Assembly (NCBI GenBank): GCA_963773585.1
Contig: CAVZBR010000004.1
Coordinates: 931,134 to 995,133 of the forward strand
Direction of reading: 5' to 3'
Source: an uncultured Gammaproteobacteria bacterium
GTDB taxonomy: Bacteria > Pseudomonadota > Gammaproteobacteria > JASBUN01
DNA: 64,000 nt
The position numbers were made by a program, and so were the translations under genes. Positions 52,401 to 62,317 of the stretch are shown piece after piece. The notes beneath the pieces are model-generated. The model worked only from the letters and a program-made list of their open reading frames with translations, did not search any database and was not told where the DNA came from. Numbering within the stretch: position 1 is the first letter of the stretch; every line of letters begins with the position of its first letter.

Positions 52401-54625
52401 GCTTCACCGGCGCCACGTCGGTGACCATCGGTGGCGCGGCGGCCACCGCCGTCACAGTGGTGAACGCCAGCACCATCACGGCGACTACCCCCAGCGGCAC
52501 GCTGGGCGCTCGCGATGTCGCCGTGGTTACACCCAGCGGCACGGGCACCAGTACGGGCTTGTTCGCCTATGCCACAGTTCCCGGCGCACCGACCGGCGTC
52601 ACGGCTGCCGCCGGCAGTGGTCAGGCAAACGTGACGTTCACCGCGCCGGGCAGCGATGGCGGCACTGCGATCACCACGTACACTGCGACCTCGGCGCCCG
52701 GCGGCCTGACCGGCAGCTGTTCCGGTCCTGCGGCCTGCGCTATTACGGTCTCGGGACTGACCAACGGTACCGCCTACACCTTCGCGGTGACGGCCACCAA
52801 TGCCATGGGTACGGGCACGGCCTCCGCCGCCAGCAGCACGGTCACGCCGGCGGTCGCCCCGGATGCGCCCACCCATGTCGCCGCCACGCCTGGTAACACC
52901 CAGGCGACCGTGACCTTCAGTGCACCGGCTCACGACGGCGGCAGCGCGATCAGCGGCTACACGGTCACTTCGAGCCCGGCGGGCGGCGTGGATACCAATG
53001 CGGGAACCACCGCCTTGAGCCACACCATCACCGGCCTGACGAATGGCACCGCCTACACCTTCACCGTCACCGCCGCCAATGCGACCGGAACCAGCGTGGC
53101 GTCGGCGGCGAGCAGCCCGGTCACGCCAACGTCAACGCCGACGGCGGGGGCGGCGACGATGCAGTTCGAACTGAATACGCCAGCAACGCTGGACCTGGCG
53201 CCGTTCATCGTCGGCAGCAGCGTGCAGATCTCCGTCGCTCCGCAACATGGCGCGGTCTCCGTCAGTGGTACCGAGGTGACCTACACTCCGGTGCACAATT
53301 ACTTCGGTGGGGATCGGTTCTCCTACGTCGCCGTCAACGGTACCGTGACGTCCACGCCGGCGGAGGTAACGTTGACCTTCACCGGGCCGCGTCCGGATCC
53401 GACCCAGGACGCTGCCGTCACCGGCATAGTGCACATCCAGACGACCACCGCGGCCCGCTTCACGCGTGCGCAGATCGGCAATTTTGGCCAGCGCATGGAG
53501 TCGCTCCATAGTCGGTACGGCCAGGAAACGGCTGTTTCCGGAACTGTCCGCAATCAACCCGGCGTTATGAACGCGCGTGGAAGCGTGCCCATCGACGGCG
53601 CCGTCCGTTCCGGCAGCGCTTCGCTCAGCGGCGACCGGCCGCTGGCGGCGAACCCGGCGGGCGACGGCGGCGACGGCATGGCGACGTTCACCGCATTCGC
53701 CACCGAGTTGTATTCGGTGTTGACCTCCTCGTCAGTGGATCTCGATCTGGCGAAGCTGGCCAATCGTACTGCGGCTACGACGCGGAGTGTGGCTGGTTTC
53801 AACATCTGGGGCGCGGGCCATGTGCGCATCGGCACGGTCGAGCAGCAACCGGGCACACAAGGCGTCGATTACACCACCGACGGTGTGACCCTGGGCGCCG
53901 ACCGCGCGTTGGGTCGTAACTGGCAGATCGGTATGGGCATCGGCTATGCGCATGATCGGAGTACGATCGGCGCCGATGGTTCACGCAGCCTTGCCAACGG
54001 CAGCAGTGTTGCGGCCTACGCCAGCTATCAGCCCGGCGCGTCGACGTTCATCGATGGCCTGATCGGCTACGGATCGTTGGACTTCCAGACTTCGCGTTAT
54101 ATCGCCGCGGTCGATGAATTCGCCCGTAGCGACCGTTCCGGTAATCAAATCTTTGGATCGCTCGCCGGCGGTTACGAGTTTCATCATGGGTCCGACGTCG
54201 TGTCGCCGTACGGCCGCTATGATTTCTCCTATGATCGTCTCGACCCCGTGACGGAGTCGGGCGCCGGGATCAACGCGTTGCACTACGGGCGTGAAATGGC
54301 CACTCATCAGCAGGTGTCGCTTGGATTGCGAGTGCAATCGATGTTCAAAACCGGTGTCGGCATCCTGCGACCGCGCGCACGGGCGGAGTACCAACGCCAG
54401 ATCGACGACAGGAGCGATGCGATCATCTCCTATGCGGACGTTCTGACCACGCAATATCGAATGGAACTGCCACGCAGCGAAGCGAATTCCTTGCTGCTGG
54501 GCGCGGGCACAGGTTGGATGCTGCACAATGGGCTCAACCTGGATCTCGACTACGAGTACTTGCACTCCGACAATCGAGAACACAGCCAAGCGATCTTTCT
54601 GCGTCTTTCTAAAGAATTGCGTTAG
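49412..54625 (+). CDS. Giant (1737 aa) autotransporter adhesin: N-terminal DUF4347, 4 Ig-like repeats, TIG/IPT and FN3 repeats, C-terminal autotransporter beta-domain
   Basis: N-terminal 'VLFVDAAVEDSQQLASAV...VQIVSHGAPGEVALG' resembles DUF4347. There are four ~110-aa tandem repeats ('GGAYKIGDTVTATWNNTAGGDNN...') and four 'PTVTxxSPxxGxxxGGTxVTITGTxF' TIG-like units. Three FN3-like units ('PGAPTxVT...SFTAPxxxGGSAITxYT') follow. The C-terminal region matches autotransporter barrels. Confidence 0.75.
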   Translation: MINSKCAWPALKQAATCNPVIPFLLVFLLAIAMGLSAFDHAGQPTHKTSRARSVLFVDAAVEDSQQLASAVSAGVDVIRLRGDRDGVQQIAAALATYRDLDSVQIVSHGAPGEVALGSSRLTGDNAERYRAALQTWGRALNDRGGLALYGCNVAKDSAGARFLEQLHRLAGVAVAASTDATGSTAMGGNWTLETQTGPMFVAEAISDQAQASYSHLLALPANGTQDIADTMANGSPSLNYFVSGFTFTNNSGYSLWGDNFTPGANGFYLTDSATGGTATFTVAADGTNLGSFDLTGLTLVDNSGSINIDFTVTGYKRGGGTVATTFTDSYSAGGPISGGDYSAFTDITGFQVTYTASSSDYVRQITFDKFIIANATAPAPRVTDANISISGATGTGGAYKIGDTVTATWNNTAGGDNNSGITGVTMNFSAFGGGSAVAASNSSGTWIATYTVAAGAIDGTNKNVSVTATNSAGSTTTTDTTNATLDNAAPTVTDGNVSISGASGIGGAFKIGDTVTATWNNTAGGDNNSDTISSVTVNFSAFGGGSAVFASNSAGTWTATYTITAGAIDGTNKNISVTATDNAGNSTTTADSTNAALDNVAPTVTDANISISGGTGTGGAYKIGDTVTATWNNTAGGDNNTDTISGVTVNFSAFGGGSAISASNSASTWTATYTITAGATAGTNRNVSVTVSDNAGNSTTTADTSNATIVTTPTVTGISPSSGPTTGGTSVIITGTNFSGASSVTIGGSAAGAMTVLDANTISATTPAGTAGARDVSVTTTGGTGTGSGLFTYANDPTVTSVSPNIGSAGGGTAVTISGTGFTAVSSLTMNGTAMSGMTVVNDTTITATTPSGTGSATIDITAAGGSASVAGLFTYATAPGAPTAVTVTAGNAQAIVSFTAPSSNGGSAVTSYTATSSPGGLTGSCAGPAACNTTVSGLTNGVSYTFTVTATNAIGTGSASTASAAVKPAPMPTVTTISPNYGATAGGTAVTITGTSFTGATSVTIGGAAATAVTVVNASTITATTPSGTLGARDVAVVTPSGTGTSTGLFAYATVPGAPTGVTAAAGSGQANVTFTAPGSDGGTAITTYTATSAPGGLTGSCSGPAACAITVSGLTNGTAYTFAVTATNAMGTGTASAASSTVTPAVAPDAPTHVAATPGNTQATVTFSAPAHDGGSAISGYTVTSSPAGGVDTNAGTTALSHTITGLTNGTAYTFTVTAANATGTSVASAASSPVTPTSTPTAGAATMQFELNTPATLDLAPFIVGSSVQISVAPQHGAVSVSGTEVTYTPVHNYFGGDRFSYVAVNGTVTSTPAEVTLTFTGPRPDPTQDAAVTGIVHIQTTTAARFTRAQIGNFGQRMESLHSRYGQETAVSGTVRNQPGVMNARGSVPIDGAVRSGSASLSGDRPLAANPAGDGGDGMATFTAFATELYSVLTSSSVDLDLAKLANRTAATTRSVAGFNIWGAGHVRIGTVEQQPGTQGVDYTTDGVTLGADRALGRNWQIGMGIGYAHDRSTIGADGSRSLANGSSVAAYASYQPGASTFIDGLIGYGSLDFQTSRYIAAVDEFARSDRSGNQIFGSLAGGYEFHHGSDVVSPYGRYDFSYDRLDPVTESGAGINALHYGREMATHQQVSLGLRVQSMFKTGVGILRPRARAEYQRQIDDRSDAIISYADVLTTQYRMELPRSEANSLLLGAGTGWMLHNGLNLDLDYEYLHSDNREHSQAIFLRLSKELR
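50530..51545 (+). repeat. Intragenic tandem repeats (4 x ~330 bp) encoding Ig-like domains of the giant adhesin
   Basis: Near-identical DNA repeats ('CCGACCGTGACCGACGCCAACATCAGCAT...'). Confidence 0.8.
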
Positions 54626-55123
54626 CGCAGTAATCGGCGGCAGAACGAGGGGCAGGTCAGCCTCCGAAACAAAGCAATGGCAACGTGACGCTCCGGTTTT
54701 CGGTTATTGCAGACCTGGTCACTGCAAACCGCACCTATAGCGATGACGTGCCTGCAATCAGAGGCGCCGGTAATGGGTTCAATCCGTGCGCCTGTGGCAA
54801 CGCGTAAGCATTCCGCTATGCACCGCGGATTTCGGACGTTCGACAGCAAGAATGAGCAGTTTCAGACTTGCCGCAGTGTCGATCCAAGGGGCGTTGCTGC
54901 CATAGCGGAGAAAAGGCGACGGATCTATGTTCGCGTCTGAATGGGATCTCATCCGCTCCGCCGTCCAACGCGGCCAACTCACCGATGGCGAGCGCTTCGT
55001 CGATGAGATCGAGTCCACTCTCGTTCGCCGCATCGAGAACCGGAGTCAGGGGAGACTCAAACGTGCGGAGTTCGAGCTGCATAACTAAATCTTTTCCCTT
55101 TTCCCACCGCCATGTTTCACGCG

Positions 55124-56149
55124 TCATCTGCGGCCCGCAGTCGTGAGTGTGTGCAGAAGCGCGTAGGTCAGGCGTTCGTCGGCGCGCAGTCGTTTCGGTG
55201 CGCGCTCGGGGTTGGCGCCGGCGATCGCGTCACTCAGGCGACCGTCGATGAACGCCTCGGTGAGAGCCGGATGAATATAGTACTTGCGGCACACGGTCTT
55301 CGTGTTGCCCAGGTGACGAGCCACCTCATCAACGGCAGCGTTCAGGGCGCGCCGGCTGTGTTTGCCTTCCTCGGCGCGAGGTTGCAGGGCCTGCACCGCA
55401 AGTACGGTGCCTGCCCAGGTGCGAAAGTGCTTGGCAGTGAACTTCTCGCCGATCGCTTCGTGGATGTAGTCATTGACGTCGCTGGAGGTCAAAGCCGCCA
55501 CTGCGCCTTCGCCGTTGCGATAGCGAAACAATTCCTGCCCGGGTAAGTCCTGGCAGCGGCGCATCAGCCGAGCCAGGATTCGATCGCAGGCCTGCACGTG
55601 GCGTTCCCGGCCGCCCTTGGCCCGGTAGCGCAGGGCGAAGCAGTCGCCGCGCACGCGCAAGTGGCGATTGTGCAGAGTGGTGAGACCGCGGGCCCCGCTG
55701 CGGCGGGTGTACTCCTGGTTACCGACCCGGATATGAATGGCGTCCAGTAGCCGCACCGCTGCAGCGGTCACCCGGCGGCGGTCAAGGGTGTCGCGGCGCA
55801 GGTTCCGGGCGATGCGGCTGCGCAGCCGCGGCAGGGCGGCGGCAAACTGCAGCAGGCTGGCGAACTTGGCCTCGCCGCGCACCCGCGACCAGGCGTCGTG
55901 GTAGCGGTACTGCTTGCGCCCGAGGCCATCGCGGCCGGTCGCCTGGATATGCCCGCTTGGGTCGGGGCAGATCCAAACGTCGGTCCAGGCGGGCGGAATC
56001 GCCAGCGCCCGGATACGGCGCACCACCCGGGCGGCGCGTACCGGGCGGCCGCTGGAGTGGGAATAGGCGAAGCCCCGACCGCAGCGCCGCCGGCGGATGC
56101 CTGGGACGGTATCGGTGACGTAGCGCAACCCTGCTGCCTTCGGAGTCAT
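55124..56149 (-). CDS. DNA topoisomerase IB (poxvirus-type, bacterial TopIB)
   Basis: 'GLRYVTD...', 'IRVGNQEYTRRSGARGLTTLHNRHL', 'KHFRTWAGTV' and 'TKTVCRKYYIHPAL' match TopIB catalytic motifs. Start chosen at MTPKAAGL. Confidence 0.7.
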   Translation of the reverse strand: MTPKAAGLRYVTDTVPGIRRRRCGRGFAYSHSSGRPVRAARVVRRIRALAIPPAWTDVWICPDPSGHIQATGRDGLGRKQYRYHDAWSRVRGEAKFASLLQFAAALPRLRSRIARNLRRDTLDRRRVTAAAVRLLDAIHIRVGNQEYTRRSGARGLTTLHNRHLRVRGDCFALRYRAKGGRERHVQACDRILARLMRRCQDLPGQELFRYRNGEGAVAALTSSDVNDYIHEAIGEKFTAKHFRTWAGTVLAVQALQPRAEEGKHSRRALNAAVDEVARHLGNTKTVCRKYYIHPALTEAFIDGRLSDAIAGANPERAPKRLRADERLTYALLHTLTTAGRR

Positions 56150-56208
56150 GGCTCCAAGACTAGATGGCGCCGCCAACCGTGCGCGTTGTCACCGGCCCCC
56201 TTTGCTTT

Positions 56209-57315
56209 TTATGGTTGGCGGCCGGGTTTCTGGCCATAGACATAGTACTGTGTCATGTCGTGCCACACGCCATGTTCCGTAGCGTGTTGATCCACTTCCG
56301 CATTGAACGCCCGCTGCGCCAGTTGCACGGTCGCTTCCGGTACGCCCTCCAAAGGGTGGGAATATTGACCGGGCGCATAACTCTCAAGCGTGAGGAACGG
56401 CGATTGCTTTGCGTCTTCGGTTGATACGTAGTGGCCATTGGGCACGACGTGCATTTGAACACTGTCGAATCCAGCGCACTCCAGCATTTCGCGTGCGCCG
56501 ACTTCATCTCCCGCGGGTATGTTGCAGATAAAATCAATGCCGACCGTGGCCAGCGCTTTGCGCGCCGCCCGGCCCCAGAAGAACGAACTTGAAGGCGAGG
56601 CATTGAAGCCGACCACCCCGCCCGGTCGTAACAGCTCGTACCAGTGCCGCAGCGCGGCCTGAAGGTTGGTCATCCAGAAGATGGCGTTTGCACAATAGAT
56701 CCGATCAAAGCTGTTCGGCTTGAAATCGAGGTGTTCTCCATCGGCATGGATAAACTCGAGGTTGGACAACTTTTTCTCATCCAGCTTTTGCCGGCACTTG
56801 CCGAGCATGCCTGTGGAAATATCTACGCCGACCACCTTGCTCGTCGGTCCCACCAGTTCGGCGCAATAAAAAGCGACCGTACCTGTGCCGGTGGCGTTGT
56901 CGAGCACACGTTGGCCGGGTTCAGGCGGCCGGAAGTTGACGGTCGTCAGGGCAACTTCGCGATGCCATGCACTCTTGTCATAGTTGTTGCTGCGCGCATC
57001 GTAGGAGTCGGTGATGATGCGGTGATAGCCCTGCCTGTCCGACACCTTGTTATATAGGGGCAGGTCGATCGATTCGACATACTTCTTAAGTCTGGCCCAG
57101 CTCGTGTAGCCGTATTCACGAGCAACAATGCGCTGTGCGTAATTGATGGAAAATCGGCCGTCAAGGATGTCAGTATCGCTCAGGAATTTGCAGGACATAT
57201 CGTTGTCACGGATACGATCGCAACAGGCGGGGTCCTTCTCTCTGTGCGATGTGCGTAACGCCTTGGCTTCTTTTTTCAGAAACGCAAAGTCGGGGCGTTC
57301 GGGTAGTGATTTCAT
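56209..57315 (-). CDS. Class I SAM-dependent methyltransferase with an N-terminal extension domain
   Basis: Motif I 'VLDNATGTGTVAF', 368 aa. It lies immediately downstream of TopIB on the same strand (60-bp gap). Confidence 0.65.
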   Translation of the reverse strand: MKSLPERPDFAFLKKEAKALRTSHREKDPACCDRIRDNDMSCKFLSDTDILDGRFSINYAQRIVAREYGYTSWARLKKYVESIDLPLYNKVSDRQGYHRIITDSYDARSNNYDKSAWHREVALTTVNFRPPEPGQRVLDNATGTGTVAFYCAELVGPTSKVVGVDISTGMLGKCRQKLDEKKLSNLEFIHADGEHLDFKPNSFDRIYCANAIFWMTNLQAALRHWYELLRPGGVVGFNASPSSSFFWGRAARKALATVGIDFICNIPAGDEVGAREMLECAGFDSVQMHVVPNGHYVSTEDAKQSPFLTLESYAPGQYSHPLEGVPEATVQLAQRAFNAEVDQHATEHGVWHDMTQYYVYGQKPGRQP

Positions 57316-57776
57316 GAATATCCTCCTTTCATCAGTCCTGTTGGTCGCGATACAGGTAGAAAGAAGGACAGCGTGTGTGTCGTTCAGTAGTAGGCGGGGA
57401 TCATCCCCTTTCCGCGGACCCAGTCGTGCCCTACCGCACGGGGTTGACGATAGCGTATAAGTTGCGAAAACACGGAGTCAGGTGTCGCATTCACTGTCAT
57501 GCCAGACTGGCGCCGACAATCGCCATCTTGGAATATGCCGCGATGGTGAGTCGTTCTTTCAGCGCGACGGTCGGGGAATTGTGCCCCAAGGGGGCAAAGG
57601 GTGGCATGTAGAACCAAACCGGGAGGCGAGAAGAAATGGGAGTCGGCCCCTAGTTTTCGCTAATGCACGGACCGCGAAAGAAAGCGGCAACAATAGGGAA
57701 TTGAGCGCGCACGCATTTGCCACCGCTCCTGGTTCCTCTACGCTGGGCCAGGCCTTCAGCGCAAAGGGAACTTGTC

Positions 57777-58784
57777 ATGGTTGCACATTCCAGCAAAATC
57801 ATTTTCGTACTCGCGGCGTTGATCAGTTTCGTTCGCGCCGGCGCCGCCGAACAGCCAACCTGGCAGAGTCTTACCGATTACCAAGACACGCCCACGACCT
57901 TCAATCTCACGGCGCAGATTTTTCCGCCGTGGGACGATCCGCCCAGCAATGCACGCGATTTTACGATCCCGGAAGTGAACAACCTTCCGGACCTGCACGG
58001 CGATATTGTCGACCCGCAGTTGGTGATCTACTTTGCCGGCAATCAATATATGATGGTGCCGAAACTCATCCATGAATTTCAGAAAGCGCACCCGAAATAC
58101 CAGCACATCCTCTATGTCACGCTGCCGCCGGGCATTCTTGTGCAGGCGCTGGAAAAGCATGACGGAGCCTTCGCCATAGGGAATCTTCGAATCGCCCTCA
58201 AACCCGATATACTGACCCGAGGCAAGGGCGGTATGACGTCCTTGCAGAACAAAAAAGGCTGGTTCAGTAAGCTGGAAGACTACGCTGGCAATACGTTGGC
58301 GCTGATGGTGGCGAAGGACAATCCGCGCCACGTGAACGGATTGGCCGATCTGGCCGACCCGTCGCTGCGGATTTCCATGCCCAACCCGAGCTGGGAGGGC
58401 ATCGCCACCCCGATCCAGAAGGCGTACGTCAAGGCTGGCGGAGAAGCATTGAAAACCGCCGTAATGGACACCAAGAAAGCCGACGGTACTACGTATCTAA
58501 CCCATATCCATCACCGCCAAACCCCGATGCGTATCATGGCTGGGTTGGCGGATGTGGGTCCGGTCTGGGTCACCGAGGCCAAATATCAGTCCTCCCGCAA
58601 TGGTGACCGCATCGGTATGGTGAAAATTCCGGAAGCGCAAAACGAACACGTCACCTATACCGCGGGATCGCTCAAAGACGCGCCGCATCCCGAAGCGGCT
58701 AAGGCGTTCATGGATTTTCTGGTGAGCAAGGAAGGCCAGAAGGTGATCACCGAGTACGGATTCGAACCGGCGTCTGACCAGTAA
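57777..58784 (+). CDS. Periplasmic substrate-binding protein (ModA/TupA-like PBP fold)
   Basis: Signal peptide 'MVAHSSKIIFVLAALISFVRAGAA'. The mature domain resembles molybdate/tungstate-type binding proteins. Confidence 0.5.
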   Translation: MVAHSSKIIFVLAALISFVRAGAAEQPTWQSLTDYQDTPTTFNLTAQIFPPWDDPPSNARDFTIPEVNNLPDLHGDIVDPQLVIYFAGNQYMMVPKLIHEFQKAHPKYQHILYVTLPPGILVQALEKHDGAFAIGNLRIALKPDILTRGKGGMTSLQNKKGWFSKLEDYAGNTLALMVAKDNPRHVNGLADLADPSLRISMPNPSWEGIATPIQKAYVKAGGEALKTAVMDTKKADGTTYLTHIHHRQTPMRIMAGLADVGPVWVTEAKYQSSRNGDRIGMVKIPEAQNEHVTYTAGSLKDAPHPEAAKAFMDFLVSKEGQKVITEYGFEPASDQ

Positions 58785-58872
58785 CCCCCCGTGCTGAGAA
58801 GAAATTATTTGGGGCTCGCAGTTCCACCTCGTGGGATAAGCGGTGGACCGCCAGACGCGCGCCGTTACCGGA

Positions 58873-60651
58873 TCAAGCAACGCTCGCGAACAGGCAGTCT
58901 GCCGCACTACGGGAACGATGACGGTTCCCGCCGGCCAACAGTATTCCGAGCAGACCCAAGGCGCACAGCCATATGCTGGCCGGCTCGGGCACGCTGCCGC
59001 GGTCGCCGCCTTCGCCGTTGCCGGTGCTCGCGTCGGCGACTGTCAGCGTGAAGGGTGCGGTCAGTAGGGGGTCAAAGCCACCCAATGCAAACGTATCGTC
59101 GTATATGGAAAACACGAGTTTATCGGTCTCGAACAGCTTGTCGTCGATGCCCAGCAGATTGTTCAGTGTGATCGGGTCGAAGTTGAGCACGTCCAGGCCG
59201 CCCACCGAGGCGGTGGCGCCAAGCTTCAGTAGATCCAAAGTGCCTACCAGACCGAGATCCAGTCCCATGGTGTTGGTCAAGGCAGCAGTGATCCAAAACG
59301 TTGGCGTGACGGTGGTGGTTTCGGAAATTGCGATGTCGGGCAACTCACTCCACTCGCCGCTCCAGTCCGTTTGCGGGTCCGCCATGCCTGCGATCTGCAC
59401 GGGCGCGCTGAAGTTGAGCATCGCCATCAGAGTGGGCACGAACTGGAAGTTCTGCGTGAGCCCCAGAACCGGCCCGGCATCGACATCGATCAGGTCCAGG
59501 GAAGCGCCAAGCTTGAAAACGGGTGTATCGATCAAATCGATATTGAGGCCAACGGGCGGCAGACCGCCCATCAGGGTGGCCGCGCCGTCGAGATCCACCT
59601 GCAGGGACAACAGGTCGTCACGCCCGTTCGACTTGATCGGCGCGCTGGAGCCGTTCCCGGAAGTGGAGATGTCAGGGACGAATACCGTCATTTCCGCCAC
59701 AGAGGCAGTCACTGCCGGCGTGGGCGGCAGGCTGCTGGCGATGGTCACGCCATACGGGCCGGTCAGTTTGAATCCGACGGTGGGCGGTGCCACCGTGGCG
59801 CCGCCCTCCAGCGTCAGGCTCTGGTTCAACAGCGGAACTTCAGCGAACGGTTGGCCGCCCGGTCCGATGCCGTCCAGCACCTTCAGGCTGTTTGGATCGA
59901 TGGAAAGAATGCGCTGATCCAGGTTCACGGTAGGGAGGGCGGCCGAGCCGGATTCTGCGCAGCCGAATGTCAGCGCGCAGGCGGTGGCGTCCATCGAACC
60001 GGACAACTTCAAGATCGCGCTCATGGACGCTTCAACCTTGGGAGATTGCGTCGCGATGGTGCCGTCTTCGAGGGTACTGCTGGTATTGAGATTGAAAAAC
60101 TGCGAGGCCTGAACCTCAGTGGGCAAGTCAGCCGTCGGCCGGAATTTCGCGGTGGTGTCGACCGAACCGCTGTCGATCGCGTAGGCGAACTCCAGGCCTA
60201 CTTTGCCCGATGTGTGCAGATTGAGTTGGGCGCCTGTGCGCGTGTCCGCCGTGATCGCCGGAGTCGCGGGCTTGATCGTGACATCTTTCCAGCAGCCGCA
60301 GCCGGTGTAATAACCCTTGAACGGATTGCTCCAGGTCGGTGTCGGTACAAATATCCGAGGCTCATAAACGGGGACTGCCACCGCGCCGATGGCGGGAAAG
60401 ACAACGGTGTCCTCGCTACCGGCGATACCGCCGATCGTGGCCGTCTTATTGCTCCATTCCGAGCCGAGGAAGACCGAGTCCGACTTCCGGAAGGCGGCTC
60501 CGCTGCCCCACATGCTCTGGCCCGTGCTCTCGAACTGAAGACTGCCGAAGTCCATGACGACTGCGTGCGCCGGCAGACAAAGGATCAACAGCAAGCCAAG
60601 CCCTGCCGCGCGCCAAATTCTACCGAACAGCGTAATCCGCTCGTTGCTCAT
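58873..60651 (-). CDS. Large PEP-CTERM-type secreted protein (592 aa)
   Basis: Signal peptide 'MSNERITLFGRIWRAAGLGLLLILCLPAHA'. Near the C-terminus, 'SVPEPASIWLCALGLLGILLAGGNRHRSR' is the PEP motif followed by a TM helix and a basic cluster. Confidence 0.65.
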   Translation of the reverse strand: MSNERITLFGRIWRAAGLGLLLILCLPAHAVVMDFGSLQFESTGQSMWGSGAAFRKSDSVFLGSEWSNKTATIGGIAGSEDTVVFPAIGAVAVPVYEPRIFVPTPTWSNPFKGYYTGCGCWKDVTIKPATPAITADTRTGAQLNLHTSGKVGLEFAYAIDSGSVDTTAKFRPTADLPTEVQASQFFNLNTSSTLEDGTIATQSPKVEASMSAILKLSGSMDATACALTFGCAESGSAALPTVNLDQRILSIDPNSLKVLDGIGPGGQPFAEVPLLNQSLTLEGGATVAPPTVGFKLTGPYGVTIASSLPPTPAVTASVAEMTVFVPDISTSGNGSSAPIKSNGRDDLLSLQVDLDGAATLMGGLPPVGLNIDLIDTPVFKLGASLDLIDVDAGPVLGLTQNFQFVPTLMAMLNFSAPVQIAGMADPQTDWSGEWSELPDIAISETTTVTPTFWITAALTNTMGLDLGLVGTLDLLKLGATASVGGLDVLNFDPITLNNLLGIDDKLFETDKLVFSIYDDTFALGGFDPLLTAPFTLTVADASTGNGEGGDRGSVPEPASIWLCALGLLGILLAGGNRHRSRSAADCLFASVA

Positions 60652-61752
60652 GTCGTCTCCTTGAATCTACGGTCATGGGGCTGCAGCACCCTGGTGAAGC
60701 AGCGGCACGGTTTTCCAGCGCGGTGGCGCGGCAAAGCCGAAGTCGGCTCGAAGTCACCGAACTGCGCCGAACACTTCGCCCCGGCAGGGCGTACGCCGTC
60801 TGGATTCCGACAAGTGAGCAAGTTTTAAGCCATAAAGTCTAAATGGTTTAATCACATAACCTTATTGGAAGTCGTATTGTTGTGCGCCGCATAAAATGTA
60901 AAAAGCGCTGACACAAACCATGCGACCTGCTCGGGAGCCAGCGCTACGTGGGCGCGCTCGGTGACGGCCCGGCATAAACCTGCGCTGGTGCGGACCACAA
61001 ACTGCTGCCGACGAGGTCTTTCGGCCTTCGCGCGGCCGTCGCAAACGCACCGCAGATGACAAATCAAAGGACAAATAAAACAGTAAAGTGGGACGGAGAG
61101 ATGAAATTAAGTAGGCTACCGGACTGCGCTGACGTGTAGCGGCAACCGGAACAGCGACTGCACTAGCAAAGGAACAGGGATGCCGAGACGCGCACAAATG
61201 GGCTATCCGGGCCGCCCGTATCACTCTATCGCGCACGGCCCGTTCGGGAGCGCTGTTTCTGCACGGCAACCCACTTGCATTTCTCCAACCGTATGGTTTT
61301 CGTTCCTCAGCACGCCGACCTTTTCGATCGGTTTTAAAAAAAGACCCGGACGTACAGTCTCGTCTGGATCGATTTCGTTTTACTGCCGCGCATGTCCGCT
61401 AGACCAATACCGGACACGCAGCGGGCTCTCCGCGCACGTGGGCCGCGCGACTCAATGGCGGGCTAAAACTGGCGGAAAGAATTGCTTGACGCTGTTCAGC
61501 GGGATGCGGGGCGAATGCCGATGACAACAGGTCGGGATTGAGCAAGCAGCGTGTACACGTCTGCCGATTGGCTATCGTTGTCATTCTGCGCCAAGTCTGA
61601 CGATTGTCATGGTGACCGGTCAGCGTGCGGCGTTGATCGCTTATTCAATAAATTGGTTCTCCGTGTGTTAGAGAACCATGGTGGCCTTTGGCATAATATA
61701 CAGACGGCGAGCCAACCGGTATGCGACACTGGATTACGTCAAGACGAAAAAA

Positions 61753-62172
61753 ATGAAAAAACTGTCTCTACAGGTCCAACCAAATCAAATGCTTACGCTG
61801 GAGAGAGTGAAGGATTCTGCTGACTCGACACAAAGCGAGCTCTTGTTGTTCTTGGTGACGCAGTCCTTTCGTGGAAAGAGCTCAGCGCTCGTTGATGCGA
61901 AACAGTGGGCAGCTTTTCGAGAACAATTCGATCATGTCGCAAAAGGCGAGAGTGATTGCGCCGAGTTGGATACGGGGAGAGCAGGGTTGTCGTTGACAGT
62001 TTACCGCGAAGGCGAAGCTGGGTCATTGACGCTAGTTTGTAATTTGCGCCACCCGAGCTTTCTGGGCTTGGAAACCGCCATCTACGCAACGGCCGCCGCG
62101 TTTTCGGTAGATAAGGAAGAACTCGCCGCGTGGTTGCATGAACCCATGTCAGATTCCAGGGAGAACGGCTAA
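61753..62172 (+). CDS. Hypothetical protein
   Basis: ~140-aa ORF (MKKLSLQVQPN...) with coding-like composition and no recognised domain. Confidence 0.35.
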   Translation: MKKLSLQVQPNQMLTLERVKDSADSTQSELLLFLVTQSFRGKSSALVDAKQWAAFREQFDHVAKGESDCAELDTGRAGLSLTVYREGEAGSLTLVCNLRHPSFLGLETAIYATAAAFSVDKEELAAWLHEPMSDSRENG

Positions 62173-62317
62173 TCCAACCGGCCATTTTTCCGGACGTGCT
62201 GACGACTGCCGTCCGATTTTACATCCAATAACTAATCGGGCCATTATCCCAACATTCGGAATTCGTGGCATTGTGTGTTTCAGGCCGATCCCGTCCTTTT
62301 CAGTCATTTAGCTTTCA

